Virus record (IMG/VR): IMGVR_UViG_3300034152_000419
Span: 12,829-76,828 of that record
DNA length: 64,000 bases
DNA from: a virus
Reading direction: 5' to 3' (one strand)
Numbering within the stretch: the first letter of the stretch is position 1; each line of letters begins with the position of its first letter. The translations under genes and the position numbers were made by a program. Under the pieces are notes generated by a model. That model made no database searches and was not told the origin of the DNA. It saw nothing but the letters and a program-made list of their open reading frames with translations. Positions 1-9,408 of this stretch are shown one piece after another.

Positions 1-116
1 ACACTATACAGGACGTCGCTCAGGAGTTTCCGGGTCGGTTCCTTGAAAAACAGAGTTTTCAGCATTGTGTTGACTTTGATCGTCAGTGTCTCTTTTTTGG
101 TATCAAACAGATTCAT
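1..116 (-). CDS. Hypothetical protein, N-terminal part (runs off window)
   Basis: ATG at 116 after RBS GAGGGAGG; open frame MNLFDTKKETLTIKVNTMLK to the window edge; lies downstream of a sigma54-type promoter. Confidence 0.55.
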   Translation of the reverse strand, partial: MNLFDTKKETLTIKVNTMLKTLFFKEPTRKLLSDVLYS

Positions 117-158
117 TTTTTTCCTCCCTCGTTTGTGTTGACGTTTGACATTATATAA

Positions 159-174
159 AGCAATTCCCATGCCA
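159..174 (-). promoter_or_regulatory. Sigma54 (-24/-12) promoter, copy 1
   Basis: TGGCATGGGAATTGCT = GG-N10-GC consensus; conserved in a second module at 15884-15899. Confidence 0.7.
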
Positions 175-265
175 CACGTCACGACTTTTTTCAATTTTTT
201 ATTTCGAGGGATTTCAATCGTTTATGAGGTTTCGACTTTTTTCAAGTTGACTCGCCGCCGGGGGA

Positions 266-302
266 TTGACGACATTTGTCGTCAAAGTGACAATTTGCGT
301 CA
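266..302. promoter_or_regulatory. Candidate enhancer (UAS) palindromes for a sigma54 activator
   Basis: TTGACGACA-tt-TGTCGTCAA (266-285) and TGACAATTTGCGTCA (288-302); counterpart TGACAATTTTCGTCA at 16011-16025 at nearly the same distance from its promoter. Confidence 0.5.
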
Positions 303-515
303 AGGGATTCGTCCCTCCTCGTCAAGATACTCGACGGATTCATCATAAGCCTCCTCGAATCCGTGCATGATCTGACGATAGAGATCGCGTTGCAAGTTCG
401 CCGGGAGTGTCATATAACATCGATAGCAAAACGCGAATCCCCGCTTTTTAGATCTGCCGCAGACACACTCCTCGGATTTCAGTGCGTTGAGATAAAATTC
501 CAGATCACCCGACAT
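300..515 (-). CDS. Small Cys-rich hypothetical protein (possible Zn finger)
   Basis: CVC...CYRC; overlaps the upstream gene stop. Confidence 0.65.
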   Translation of the reverse strand: MSGDLEFYLNALKSEECVCGRSKKRGFAFCYRCYMTLPANLQRDLYRQIMHGFEEAYDESVEYLDEEGRIP

Positions 516-1092
516 TGAGTTCCATCCTTATGAGTTCGATCTGATCAGTATGCGTGACTTTTTTTAGGACATCATGTTCATATTTTACGAGATCCCGCCA
601 GTGCTCCCGTCCCGTGCACACGTGTGCACCGAGATCGCAGATCGCGACCGCGACGGAGGCATCGTTCGAGTCGGTCTCAATGTCGAATTTACGAAACACC
701 TTGAGTTTGAATGAATCCTTTTTGAGGTTCCCCATGCCACAGAGAAACTTTTTCCACTGACCCGGAGTGACTTTGATGATCTCCCGCCCAGTGTATCGAG
801 AGACAAACAGGTTGAGGATTCCGCAGAGTTCTCCCAGTTGAGCGAGCGACTGTCCTGAGAATCTGCCTTTTCCCGCAGAGTAAGCATAATCCTCCATGAA
901 CACGACGTCGTCATTGTGGATGATCCCCTGACATTTTTTCCAAAGAGCGAGACAGCGATTGAGACGGGACCCGTCTTTGACCGATGACGTGAATGTCCTC
1001 CACATAAAACATTGATCATCGAGAGAAAATTTCTGTCGAGCAATTCCGAGCGACGTGAACGATGGATCGATTCCGACGATTCCTGAGATCAT
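505..1092 (-). CDS. RuvC-like Holliday junction resolvase
   Basis: N-terminal GIDPSFTSLG, VFMED, GELCG, KKFLCGMGN.KK motifs. Confidence 0.8.
   Translation of the reverse strand: MISGIVGIDPSFTSLGIARQKFSLDDQCFMWRTFTSSVKDGSRLNRCLALWKKCQGIIHNDDVVFMEDYAYSAGKGRFSGQSLAQLGELCGILNLFVSRYTGREIIKVTPGQWKKFLCGMGNLKKDSFKLKVFRKFDIETDSNDASVAVAICDLGAHVCTGREHWRDLVKYEHDVLKKVTHTDQIELIRMELNVG
614..629. repeat. Dispersed 16-bp palindrome GTGCACACGTGTGCAC, copy 1
   Basis: Perfect copy inside the RuvC-like gene. Confidence 0.85.
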
Positions 1093-1616
1093 TTTTTCTC
1101 CCCCCTATTGACCCGGATGACCCGGATGTTCTGACGTTTTTTGAATCGACGGTCCTCCTCGACCCATCTTTTGAGAGCCTCATGTCCCTTGAAAACCTCT
1201 GCTCTCGGTTCCGCAGAGATGTCAAGTCGGTCAGTGAAAACACAAGACATATTCCATCGATGCTCGATGACCTCGTCTGTCTCCTGATCACGGACAATCT
1301 CCTGAATGATTGTCGTTTTGACCCCCTCAAACTTATAACACGACGCCTCCTCGTCATAAGTCGGTTGACAGAAAATCATGAGATCTGAATCTTTTTCGAG
1401 TCCCGTGTGACGCTCGATTTTAATCCTTTTTTCTTTCACCGCTTTCTCCTCTGCCGTGATCGCCTCCATGAGTCCCCGGACTGCTCGATCCCACTGTTCG
1501 GACTGCTCCGGTTTCCCATAGATCAGCCGCTCAAATGCACGATCCACAACCCCGAAAATTTTTCCGATCAACGACCCGCCTCCGCTTGTTTGAGACACTC
1601 CTCCCGACATGCACAA
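1089..1616 (-). CDS. Hypothetical protein
   Basis: 175-aa ORF coupled to neighbours; start uncertain; basic C-terminus IRVIRV. Confidence 0.6.
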   Translation of the reverse strand: MCMSGGVSQTSGGGSLIGKIFGVVDRAFERLIYGKPEQSEQWDRAVRGLMEAITAEEKAVKEKRIKIERHTGLEKDSDLMIFCQPTYDEEASCYKFEGVKTTIIQEIVRDQETDEVIEHRWNMSCVFTDRLDISAEPRAEVFKGHEALKRWVEEDRRFKKRQNIRVIRVNRGEKK

Positions 1617-2479
1617 CTTTTCGCTCGGTAGTTTCTGAAATCTCCCCGATCACATTCATGGAATACAGGAGGGAGATGTTCAGGATATTTGAGGACCGCT
1701 CGTTTATACTGTCCCGCCCGATCCTTGATCATCTCAATGATCTTAGGATTTCGCCGCACGTGAAACATTTTGAACGGGAGTTTTTTCATCATGTGCACCT
1801 TTGAGATATAAAGCACATATCCGATCTCAGGATCGATCTCGAACGGGATCGTCTTGTCCTGAGGTAATCCCCACATATAACATTGACACTGCTCCTCATG
1901 ATCCGCGAGAGGGACCTCAAGTTTCTCGAACTCGTCCAGTTTGATCGTTTTTATCTCAACGACCCGGATCAGACCTCCCCGAACGAGGATCAACATATCA
2001 GGATGTCCAGAGACCGGATATTTCCCACGGAGGATCATGTGATGTTCTCTGTAAACGTAAGCCTCCGGGAGAGCGTTGCATTTCGGACAGTTGTCAACCG
2101 GGGGACCCCCGACGTGTGTGACCTCGCCACATCCCCGACATTTCCAGAATCCGACCCGCCGCTTTCCGAAAACGTCATCTGTATTTTGTACCCAAAAATG
2201 ATAAGCGTTGCCATATCCCCACAACAACCGTGATCTCGGTCCGATATATTCTTTTTTATTGAGACGGAATTTTGTCCCGATGACGTGATATCGGAGACAG
2301 GATTTCATGATCGAGGATGCACGAGGAAAGAGGATTTTCTGATCCTCCACGATCTCGGTCCTCATCCGAACGTGAGTCGCCGCAATCGCGACCGGATCAT
2401 CGAGGTTGTCCTCGATGTCTCGGATTGCCTTGAGGGATGATCGATCTTTCCCACGGATCAACTTTCGGTGAAATTTCAT
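1568..2479 (-). CDS. PD-(D/E)XK exonuclease (Cas4-like) with Zn-ribbon insert
   Basis: RASSIMKSC, GHPD...VEIKT, QCQCYM, CxxC pairs and C-terminal Cys cluster. Confidence 0.75.
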   Translation of the reverse strand: MKFHRKLIRGKDRSSLKAIRDIEDNLDDPVAIAATHVRMRTEIVEDQKILFPRASSIMKSCLRYHVIGTKFRLNKKEYIGPRSRLLWGYGNAYHFWVQNTDDVFGKRRVGFWKCRGCGEVTHVGGPPVDNCPKCNALPEAYVYREHHMILRGKYPVSGHPDMLILVRGGLIRVVEIKTIKLDEFEKLEVPLADHEEQCQCYMWGLPQDKTIPFEIDPEIGYVLYISKVHMMKKLPFKMFHVRRNPKIIEMIKDRAGQYKRAVLKYPEHLPPVFHECDRGDFRNYRAKSCACREECLKQAEAGR

Positions 2480-3024
2480 TTGACACACCCGCCGAAATAG
2501 CATGACTCTCTCAGACTCGCAGTCCTCTCCCTCGCCTCTCGTGCAAAAACCCACGGGAGGACAAGCATCGAGATCTCAGGAAAAGCCTCCCGGAAACTTG
2601 AATATTTTGATCGAGTCGAACAGTGCCACAGTCCTTTGATTTCAATGAATGATTTATAAAATGGGAAATAAAAATCGGGACAGTATAATTTTGTCCCCCA
2701 CTTGAAACCGATCTTTTCATATTGCAGATCAAGTCCCTCGCAGAAAAAGAACTCCGCACAGTTTCTCTCGAACTCAGATCTGAACGACATATTGAGCAGT
2801 TGAGAATAGACACCCCCGTCATCGGGAGGTCCGAGATCCACAGGACCGATCCACCGATCATCGGAGTTCAGTGTCATCGGATCAGGACGAGTGTGAAAAC
2901 CGTTGATGATCCAGTTCTTGACACAAGGGAGAGAGCAAACGAACGGTCCCCCATAATCGAGGCATTTTTGTTCACCCCTCGGAATATAAACTATTTGACG
3001 ACAAGAATCACACGTCTTGTTCAC
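2476..3024 (-). CDS. PD-(D/E)XK endonuclease (T7 endonuclease I-like)
   Basis: FRSEFE...YCPDFY...IEIKG; N-terminal Cys motif. Confidence 0.7.
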   Translation of the reverse strand: MNKTCDSCRQIVYIPRGEQKCLDYGGPFVCSLPCVKNWIINGFHTRPDPMTLNSDDRWIGPVDLGPPDDGGVYSQLLNMSFRSEFERNCAEFFFCEGLDLQYEKIGFKWGTKLYCPDFYFPFYKSFIEIKGLWHCSTRSKYSSFREAFPEISMLVLPWVFAREARERTASLRESCYFGGCVK

Positions 3025-4162
3025 CGCTTTCCTCCCGGAGTCTATTTTTCGCCGCTCGAATTATGTCCATTTGTGCCTTATAATAATATTCAGGCTTTTT
3101 GACCCACAACTCGACGATCTGATCAAGAGTGCGAGCATTGAGTTTGCCATATTTCCACGGTTTCGCACCGGAAACTTTTTCAATGACGCCGAACTCTTTT
3201 GCATAATTCAAAACAGTTCTATGATCACCGATCATCCCCGGTTTCAGACCGAGATCCGGCATCTCCTCCCTGATTCTGACGAACTCACCGGACCCCGCGA
3301 GCGTGAGGACTTTTTCTTTTTTAATGGAGAACGCATGTCGGACCGCTTTGTCCCGATCCGTGCTTTTGTCCCCCTTATATTTCCGATCCGCAGAGGCATC
3401 GAGGACCTTTTTCACGCATCTCAGGAGCAGAGAGTTCTCGTGCCGCAGTCCCCACCCTCCGGGCATCGTCTCCGGGGACCCGAACGTGACCCCGATCTTT
3501 GTCCTCATCTGATTGATAAAAATCACGATGCACGGATGTTCTCGTTTGCGTTCCCTCATGAGTTGTTGTTTGAATTTTCGGATCATTTTTCCGATGAGCC
3601 GCGCCTGTAAAGCATAAAAGTCCTGTTCTGCCGGAGCGTCATATTCGCTCTCCGGGACCAGTGCCGCGAGCGAGTCCACGACGAGGATTCCGCAGTCGTC
3701 CGCCTTGAGGACATTTTTCCCGATGTTCACATACTGTTCACCGTAGTCCGCAATCACACAGACATATCGCTCAGGATCAGCACCGATGTTCGTGACCCAC
3801 GTCCGATCAAGCGTTCCCTCGATATCAAGCCACACCCCATCGAGTTTCAGTGGACTCCGGGAGCATTTGCAAAATGGGAGCAGACTAAAACATTTCCAAC
3901 AAATACTCTGACCCATCGCGAGAATGTTTGCCGCCAGTGATGACTTTCCTCCCGCCTCCGGTCCCCACAAACAACATGACGTGTAAACCGGGACACCCCC
4001 TCCCGTTGCGTAGTCAACCGCAAAAACTCCGAACGGGACACGATCCGGGTCCTTTTTAAGTCCGGTCCCATAAAACATCGTCCCCGCACCGAGATTCTCA
4101 TTCTCTGCCGCGATGATTGCCGCGAGAGTCGTTGTCCCATCGTCAGACTTTTTCTTTGTCAT
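3008..4162 (-). CDS. recA: RecA/UvsX-like recombinase
   Basis: Walker A GPEAGGKS, VVDSLAAL, QARL, IFINQMR.KIGVTFGSPETMPGG. Confidence 0.9.
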   Translation of the reverse strand: MTKKKSDDGTTTLAAIIAAENENLGAGTMFYGTGLKKDPDRVPFGVFAVDYATGGGVPVYTSCCLWGPEAGGKSSLAANILAMGQSICWKCFSLLPFCKCSRSPLKLDGVWLDIEGTLDRTWVTNIGADPERYVCVIADYGEQYVNIGKNVLKADDCGILVVDSLAALVPESEYDAPAEQDFYALQARLIGKMIRKFKQQLMRERKREHPCIVIFINQMRTKIGVTFGSPETMPGGWGLRHENSLLLRCVKKVLDASADRKYKGDKSTDRDKAVRHAFSIKKEKVLTLAGSGEFVRIREEMPDLGLKPGMIGDHRTVLNYAKEFGVIEKVSGAKPWKYGKLNARTLDQIVELWVKKPEYYYKAQMDIIRAAKNRLREESGEQDV

Positions 4163-4497
4163 CCCTTTTTCTCCCTGTCGATATCGGATTGAATTTCATC
4201 GATTTCGGTCTCAATCAGATCCTCGACCATTTTTCGAGTCTGCTTGTAAACCGAGACGATCTCCTCGACATAACAGGGGACCGTCAACATGATATCCAGA
4301 CGGACTCCGGCATAATCAGCCGTCGGAATCGTTGCTCCCATCTTGACGGAAACATGAGCCGGATTCGTGACGAACGGTCTGACTTTTATCCGTTCATTTT
4401 TTCGCTTTGACTTGAGGTTTGTGTCTCCGAGAACAGTCCGGGACACTGAGAGAGACGCCTCGTCACTGGAAATCCGGTCGATCTGTTTTTTCGGCAT
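4159..4497 (-). CDS. Hypothetical protein
   Basis: RBS GGAGGGG before ATG; coupled to recA. Confidence 0.65.
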   Translation of the reverse strand: MPKKQIDRISSDEASLSVSRTVLGDTNLKSKRKNERIKVRPFVTNPAHVSVKMGATIPTADYAGVRLDIMLTVPCYVEEIVSVYKQTRKMVEDLIETEIDEIQSDIDREKKG

Positions 4498-4498
4498 A

Positions 4499-4939
4499 TC
4501 AACCCCTCCATCCGGCATGAATCCTCGACCGGAGTTCATCCGTTGTGATCTCTTTTGCATCATACAAAGAGAACAAGTCTTTCAACATGATTGCCTGATC
4601 GACGGAATAAAGTCTCCACCCCCGCTTGTCATGATAGAGGGGAGAGGGAAACAATCCGGTCCGATGATACCACCGAATCGTTTGAATTTCACGATTGATC
4701 GCCTGACCGAGTTTGCCGATGGAGATGAACTTTTTTCCATTCCGCCCGGAGAACACGTGACGGTCTGACGGTTTGTCAGGTTTCGATTCGTCATAGATCT
4801 CCCGTGCACGTTGTCTGATCCGCTCGCGATATTCTTTGTCATCTTGATATCGCTTTCGCCTCCGTTCGAGGATTTTGTCTCTGTTTCTCCGATAATATTC
4901 TGTTTGAGAGAACGGTCTCTCTCCTCTCCTGCGTCCCAC
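4499..4939 (-). CDS. MerR-like HTH DNA-binding protein
   Basis: SIGKLGQAINREIQTIRWYHRTGLFP...GWRLYS is a MerR HTH signature; basic N-terminus. Confidence 0.75.
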   Translation of the reverse strand: MGRRRGERPFSQTEYYRRNRDKILERRRKRYQDDKEYRERIRQRAREIYDESKPDKPSDRHVFSGRNGKKFISIGKLGQAINREIQTIRWYHRTGLFPSPLYHDKRGWRLYSVDQAIMLKDLFSLYDAKEITTDELRSRIHAGWRG

Positions 4940-4951
4940 GTGATCACCTCC

Positions 4952-6331
4952 TCATTTTTCCGTGATCTGTTTCATCTTGAGAGTTTTTCCTTGATAGTAC
5001 CTGAGACGGGACCTCGACCATCCGACAGCGTCATCATAATATGAATCGACGATGTCCACGACCACAGGTTGAGACTTTCCCTCAAGCAACCGCTCGATCC
5101 GTCCCTGAGTCTGACGGACGTCGCTCTGAGGTGTCGCATATACCAGACCCGCGAGATCCGCGATGTCTGTCCCGATCCCCGCTTTTCCGTAAGTTGCGAG
5201 AACAACTTTGCACACGTGTGCACTGTGCCGCAGTTCCGACGGTCTGACTTTTCGTTTCGTCTTTCCCTCCGGGACCGTGTCACAATAAAAACCGACTGTG
5301 TCGAGATCATATCCGAAATCAAGAATCAGCATCCGCCGCAGATCGACCAGTTGTTGAGTCCGGTCCGAGAGAACAAGGACCCGCCGATCCGATTCTGAAA
5401 TTAAATGAATATACTTGCACAAGATCCGGTTTCTGTCCTGATTCGTTGACAGCCGGGAGAGCAACATTCCACGTCGGTTGATTTTCGTCGATCCCGGATG
5501 GACATATCCCGATGACTCAGGATAATCGATCACAAGGACTTTCGGATTCATCCGACCGTGATCGCCTCCCCGGATCAATGTCTGTCCGATATGATATTCA
5601 TTGATTAAATGGAGACCGTCTTTGCGCGTGACCGTCGCCGATGCACCGATCCGATATCTCGCCGGAAACATGCACAGCACCGGGGAGAACGTCGCCGGGG
5701 GGACAGACCTGTCCACCTCATCGAAAACCGCAATCCCGAAATTTTCACGAAACCGACGATTGTCGTTGAGACGTGCCGCCAGTGAGTGAACCAGTCCGAC
5801 GACGATTCTCTTTTTCTCCCAGTTGACCTCTTTCCCGTTAACGATCCCGATCTCCGATCTTTTCAGGGATGTGTGTTGAGCAATCCGGGAGACCCACTGC
5901 TCGACCAGATTCGACCGGGGGACGACGACAATCGCCGATCTGCCGATCATCTGAATCATCTTGATCATCACGACGGTTTTCCCGAATCCCGGAGGAGCAT
6001 CAACCACGAATCCTGTGACCCCGGAGTCGAGTTGCTTTTTGAACATTTTGAGAACCGGGATCTGACCGGGACGCATCTCTGACAAAAAATCATATTTGAT
6101 CTTTGACCCGTCGAGACGGGTATCAGAGATCTCACGAGCGAGATCCGTCCATCGTGTCGTGTAATATAATGGAATCCCGAACATCGTCGGAGTCTCAAGA
6201 AATGTCGGAAATTCCGACCTGTCATATCGACTGACGACCGTCAGTTTTTCCCTGAGACGACCGATTCGATCCGGTCCGAGTTCATCCACCGGGACGAACA
6301 CGTGAGTGTGAATAATTGCTTTTGAAAACAT
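4952..6331 (-). CDS. SF2 helicase (UvsW/Rad25-like)
   Basis: APPGFGKT, DEVD, SAT, QTQGRIER motifs. Confidence 0.85.
   Translation of the reverse strand: MFSKAIIHTHVFVPVDELGPDRIGRLREKLTVVSRYDRSEFPTFLETPTMFGIPLYYTTRWTDLAREISDTRLDGSKIKYDFLSEMRPGQIPVLKMFKKQLDSGVTGFVVDAPPGFGKTVVMIKMIQMIGRSAIVVVPRSNLVEQWVSRIAQHTSLKRSEIGIVNGKEVNWEKKRIVVGLVHSLAARLNDNRRFRENFGIAVFDEVDRSVPPATFSPVLCMFPARYRIGASATVTRKDGLHLINEYHIGQTLIRGGDHGRMNPKVLVIDYPESSGYVHPGSTKINRRGMLLSRLSTNQDRNRILCKYIHLISESDRRVLVLSDRTQQLVDLRRMLILDFGYDLDTVGFYCDTVPEGKTKRKVRPSELRHSAHVCKVVLATYGKAGIGTDIADLAGLVYATPQSDVRQTQGRIERLLEGKSQPVVVDIVDSYYDDAVGWSRSRLRYYQGKTLKMKQITEK
5208..5223. repeat. 16-bp palindrome, copy 2 (15/16)
   Basis: TTGCACACGTGTGCAC inside the helicase gene. 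Confidence 0.8.
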
Positions 6332-6333
6332 GA

Positions 6334-7350
6334 TCAGATAATGTCATCGATATCGGTGACGTCGTCATCCTTGTCCTTGCCAGTTTCAAGATCGTCGTCA
6401 TCCAGACCGCCGCCGGACTCCTCTCCGTGTTTCTCTTGATATGCGGAGACCAGTTCGTCGATCACCTCCTCAGGATCACTGCTCTGACGGATCTTGACAT
6501 CCCCTTTGAGACCGTTTTCGTCTCTCCACTCAAGCAGTGCCTTGAGTTTTGAGACATCCTTTTTCTTTTCCTTGATCAGTTCGACCAGAGTCGAGCGAAC
6601 ATCGTCCTCGCCGCTTGCCTCGTCATCAAAGAGATCAGCATCTCCGCCGCTCTCCGTGTCATCGAAAAGATCCTCATCGGACTCACCCGTCTTGTCGTCG
6701 TCAGATCCGACCGGGGACGATCCCCCGAAAAGTTTTCGCATCTCTTTTGAGGATTTCGGTGAGAGTAATTTTTCATAGTCAATCGGAGTGCACAATTCCT
6801 TGAGCGTGACGTCCTCATCTTTGATCAAGGGAGCAAGTTTTTTCGGATCGATATATTTCAGAAACTCGAAATCCTCTCCCGTCGCACATTCATTGAGAGA
6901 GGACCCCCGCGACATCTCATAGACCGCGAACCTCAATTTGTTGTCGCGTTTCTGCATCTGCTTGAGCAGTTTCTCTCGTGCCTTTGCTTTTCCGACGAAT
7001 AGTTTTTTCTGAATTTTGTGAACCTTGCCGTCTCGGTCCTCATACTTTCGAGTGTCGAGCACCGTGCACACGACGACATAGGACGCATTGAATCCGGCAT
7101 CACACGCCGGACAGTTATCGTCAGCACCGAGACACGTCGCCGTCACAAATTCTTTTCCGATTTTCTCCGTGTGCTCATAAAAGAAAAACTCAGGATTATC
7201 GAGGAAAATAATTTTCGCGGATTCGTCATTTTTCAGACGGAATCTCCACGGACCCGATTTTTCCTCTCGACGTTTTTTCGCCGCCGCATCCTCTTGATCT
7301 GCTCGTCTCTGTCCCTCGGACCCTTTGAGATACCATTTTCCTTTTGCCAT
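6334..7350 (-). CDS. ssDNA-binding protein (gp32-like)
   Basis: H...C...CPAC Zn motif, very acidic C-terminal region ending DIDDII; replication context. Confidence 0.7.
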   Translation of the reverse strand: MAKGKWYLKGSEGQRRADQEDAAAKKRREEKSGPWRFRLKNDESAKIIFLDNPEFFFYEHTEKIGKEFVTATCLGADDNCPACDAGFNASYVVVCTVLDTRKYEDRDGKVHKIQKKLFVGKAKAREKLLKQMQKRDNKLRFAVYEMSRGSSLNECATGEDFEFLKYIDPKKLAPLIKDEDVTLKELCTPIDYEKLLSPKSSKEMRKLFGGSSPVGSDDDKTGESDEDLFDDTESGGDADLFDDEASGEDDVRSTLVELIKEKKKDVSKLKALLEWRDENGLKGDVKIRQSSDPEEVIDELVSAYQEKHGEESGGGLDDDDLETGKDKDDDVTDIDDII

Positions 7351-7373
7351 GTTTGACCTCCTGTCTGATTTTC

Positions 7374-8441
7374 TCACACGTTTGATTTTTTGTCAAGAAC
7401 TCTCCTCAACTCCTCCACACTTAAAAGATCTCCGGCATCCTTGCACCATTTGTCGCCGGGATTCTTTTTAAATTTTGGATGACGTTTGCCGACAGACCAG
7501 TCCGCCTCAAAGATCGTTGATCTGCCGTTGACCCTCTCGATGATTTTTTTGTGAGTGTTCTGTCCCGCACGGTCAGCATCATATCCGAGAATGATCGTCC
7601 TTGCCATGCACAGAGAATCGATCTGAGAATCCGTGACCGAACTCGTCGCAGACGCCACGACGTTGAAATATCCGAGTGTATGCAACCGACACACGTCGAG
7701 TTCCGCCTCGATTGCCATGACCGGACGAGTCCAGTCGATCAAGTGCATCCCGAACCAGACACCGACCTCCCGGAGTTTCGGAAAAACAAGTCTCGGAAAA
7801 CCCGCTTTTTTTGGATTGATCGTCCAGATCGCTTTTTCCACCCGTGACCGGGACCGGAGCATATAAATTCGTCCCTGAATATCGGTGAGAGGAAAAATCA
7901 AACACCGATTGTCAGGATCGAATCTGACTCCGAGTTGATAAGCGAAAACAGGATCGATCAGTCTTTCGTTTTTCAGATACTCTCGACACCTCCGCGCCTC
8001 GAATCCTTTTCCGCTCTGTAATAATCTATATTGACGAATGACCTCCGGGGGGAGGGGAGGGATCTCGTGATCCGCATCACTGTCCGGGAGTTTCCAGTGA
8101 TCGCGAGGTTGCATTTTCGAGATCGCCTCATCCGAGTGATAATGGATCTCCTCCTCTGCAAAGATCTGAGCAGAGGTCCACGGATATCGACCTGTGACCA
8201 CGAAAAGTCTGTGAATGAGTTTCGACAGCGTCCTCCCATTCGGTGAACATCCGAAACAATACCAGTGAGACAGTCCCTCATCGTTGATCCGAATCCCGAA
8301 TGATGGACGACTGTCAGCACCCCCGGCATGTGTCCACGGAGCGAGAGGACACCCGCAGTTGACCCACTCCTCCCGGACGTGAATCTCATCGCGGGGGACG
8401 CCGAGTCCGATCAAAAATCGAATAATCGACTCCTCGATCAA
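7374..8441 (-). CDS. DNA primase
   Basis: CP...H...D.RPSF...CFGC Zn finger; TOPRIM EAELD and YDADRAG, KDAGD. Confidence 0.85.
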   Translation of the reverse strand: MIEESIIRFLIGLGVPRDEIHVREEWVNCGCPLAPWTHAGGADSRPSFGIRINDEGLSHWYCFGCSPNGRTLSKLIHRLFVVTGRYPWTSAQIFAEEEIHYHSDEAISKMQPRDHWKLPDSDADHEIPPLPPEVIRQYRLLQSGKGFEARRCREYLKNERLIDPVFAYQLGVRFDPDNRCLIFPLTDIQGRIYMLRSRSRVEKAIWTINPKKAGFPRLVFPKLREVGVWFGMHLIDWTRPVMAIEAELDVCRLHTLGYFNVVASATSSVTDSQIDSLCMARTIILGYDADRAGQNTHKKIIERVNGRSTIFEADWSVGKRHPKFKKNPGDKWCKDAGDLLSVEELRRVLDKKSNV

Positions 8442-8800
8442 AGAGAGTGCCTCCTCAATTTGTAATTCTCTTGAACTTTCAAAATCCGCTCGTGAATCTT
8501 TTTCGCTCGACCGTTTAATTGATGGATATAGTCCTCGACCTGTCGCTCGGATCGAGCGAGATAATATCCTTGATTTTTTGCAACCGGGACGAACGTCTGA
8601 TCATAATCCATACACTCAAGGATGATCTGACGGACCCTGCTCGACGTGCTCGTGTCCGAAAATCCGAGTTTCCTTGAGATCTCGATGCACTTGATCGGAT
8701 CGCTCTCAGTCGCCGAGCGAATCAGCCGCATCACCTCAAGCATGACCTCGATGTTTGTCGAGAATCCGTTTGCTCTGCCTGATTTTTTAAAGATTGTCAT
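8438..8800 (-). CDS. Winged-HTH protein
   Basis: EISRKLG...VRQII...GYYLA pattern; strong RBS AGGAGG. Confidence 0.6.
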   Translation of the reverse strand: MTIFKKSGRANGFSTNIEVMLEVMRLIRSATESDPIKCIEISRKLGFSDTSTSSRVRQIILECMDYDQTFVPVAKNQGYYLARSERQVEDYIHQLNGRAKKIHERILKVQENYKLRRHSL

Positions 8801-9408
8801 GTCCTTGTCCTCCTGTTTTTGTCAATACGAATCACCCTGACTTTCCTTTTTCTCGCCGCATTGTCAGGGATCACGTGTGCGAGTTCCGCCTCAAGTTGAT
8901 CGATTGCCTCGGACAGATCCGGTCCCTCGTCGTCATCAAAATCAAGCACCTCCGAGAGAGGACGTCCCTGACCGAGATCCTCTGATCGACAGTTCGGATG
9001 AAAGGGAGGATCGCCTCGCCGCAGTCCCCTCGTCCGATTGAGAGCCTCGCGACTCATAACGTCTCGAACATTGTCGTCATCCGCGATGACGATGAGATCA
9101 AATGAGTCCCTCAAAACGTCCTGAGTCCCGTCTCCGAAATCTATTTCAGCACTGACATTGACGGTATAAGGACTCATCGAAATATGTCCCTCCCGGATCT
9201 GCATCTCGACCCGGAGAGGTTTGTTTTCAGGGACAATGCTATCTCTCAGCATGAATGTCGTCGTGTCATTGTTTATCAGATTCACGATTCTGATTTCGTG
9301 ATCGATAATTTTTGCCTCTCCGATCAGACCCGGAATCAAGGCATTGTCAAAATCAACCCGGAGAGTGATTGTCTCCCTGATCTTTTTGAAAGTAGTTCCG
9401 AGACTCAT
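8797..9408 (-). CDS. Hypothetical protein with MuF-like PPFHPNCR motif
   Basis: 203-aa ORF coupled to the helicase; motif at 8983-9009. Confidence 0.65.
   Translation of the reverse strand: MSLGTTFKKIRETITLRVDFDNALIPGLIGEAKIIDHEIRIVNLINNDTTTFMLRDSIVPENKPLRVEMQIREGHISMSPYTVNVSAEIDFGDGTQDVLRDSFDLIVIADDDNVRDVMSREALNRTRGLRRGDPPFHPNCRSEDLGQGRPLSEVLDFDDDEGPDLSEAIDQLEAELAHVIPDNAARKRKVRVIRIDKNRRTRT

Noticed and set aside
1568-2479. Cas4 as evidence of CRISPR adaptation
   Set aside because: Stand-alone Cas4-like nucleases are common in phage recombination operons; no cas1 or cas2.
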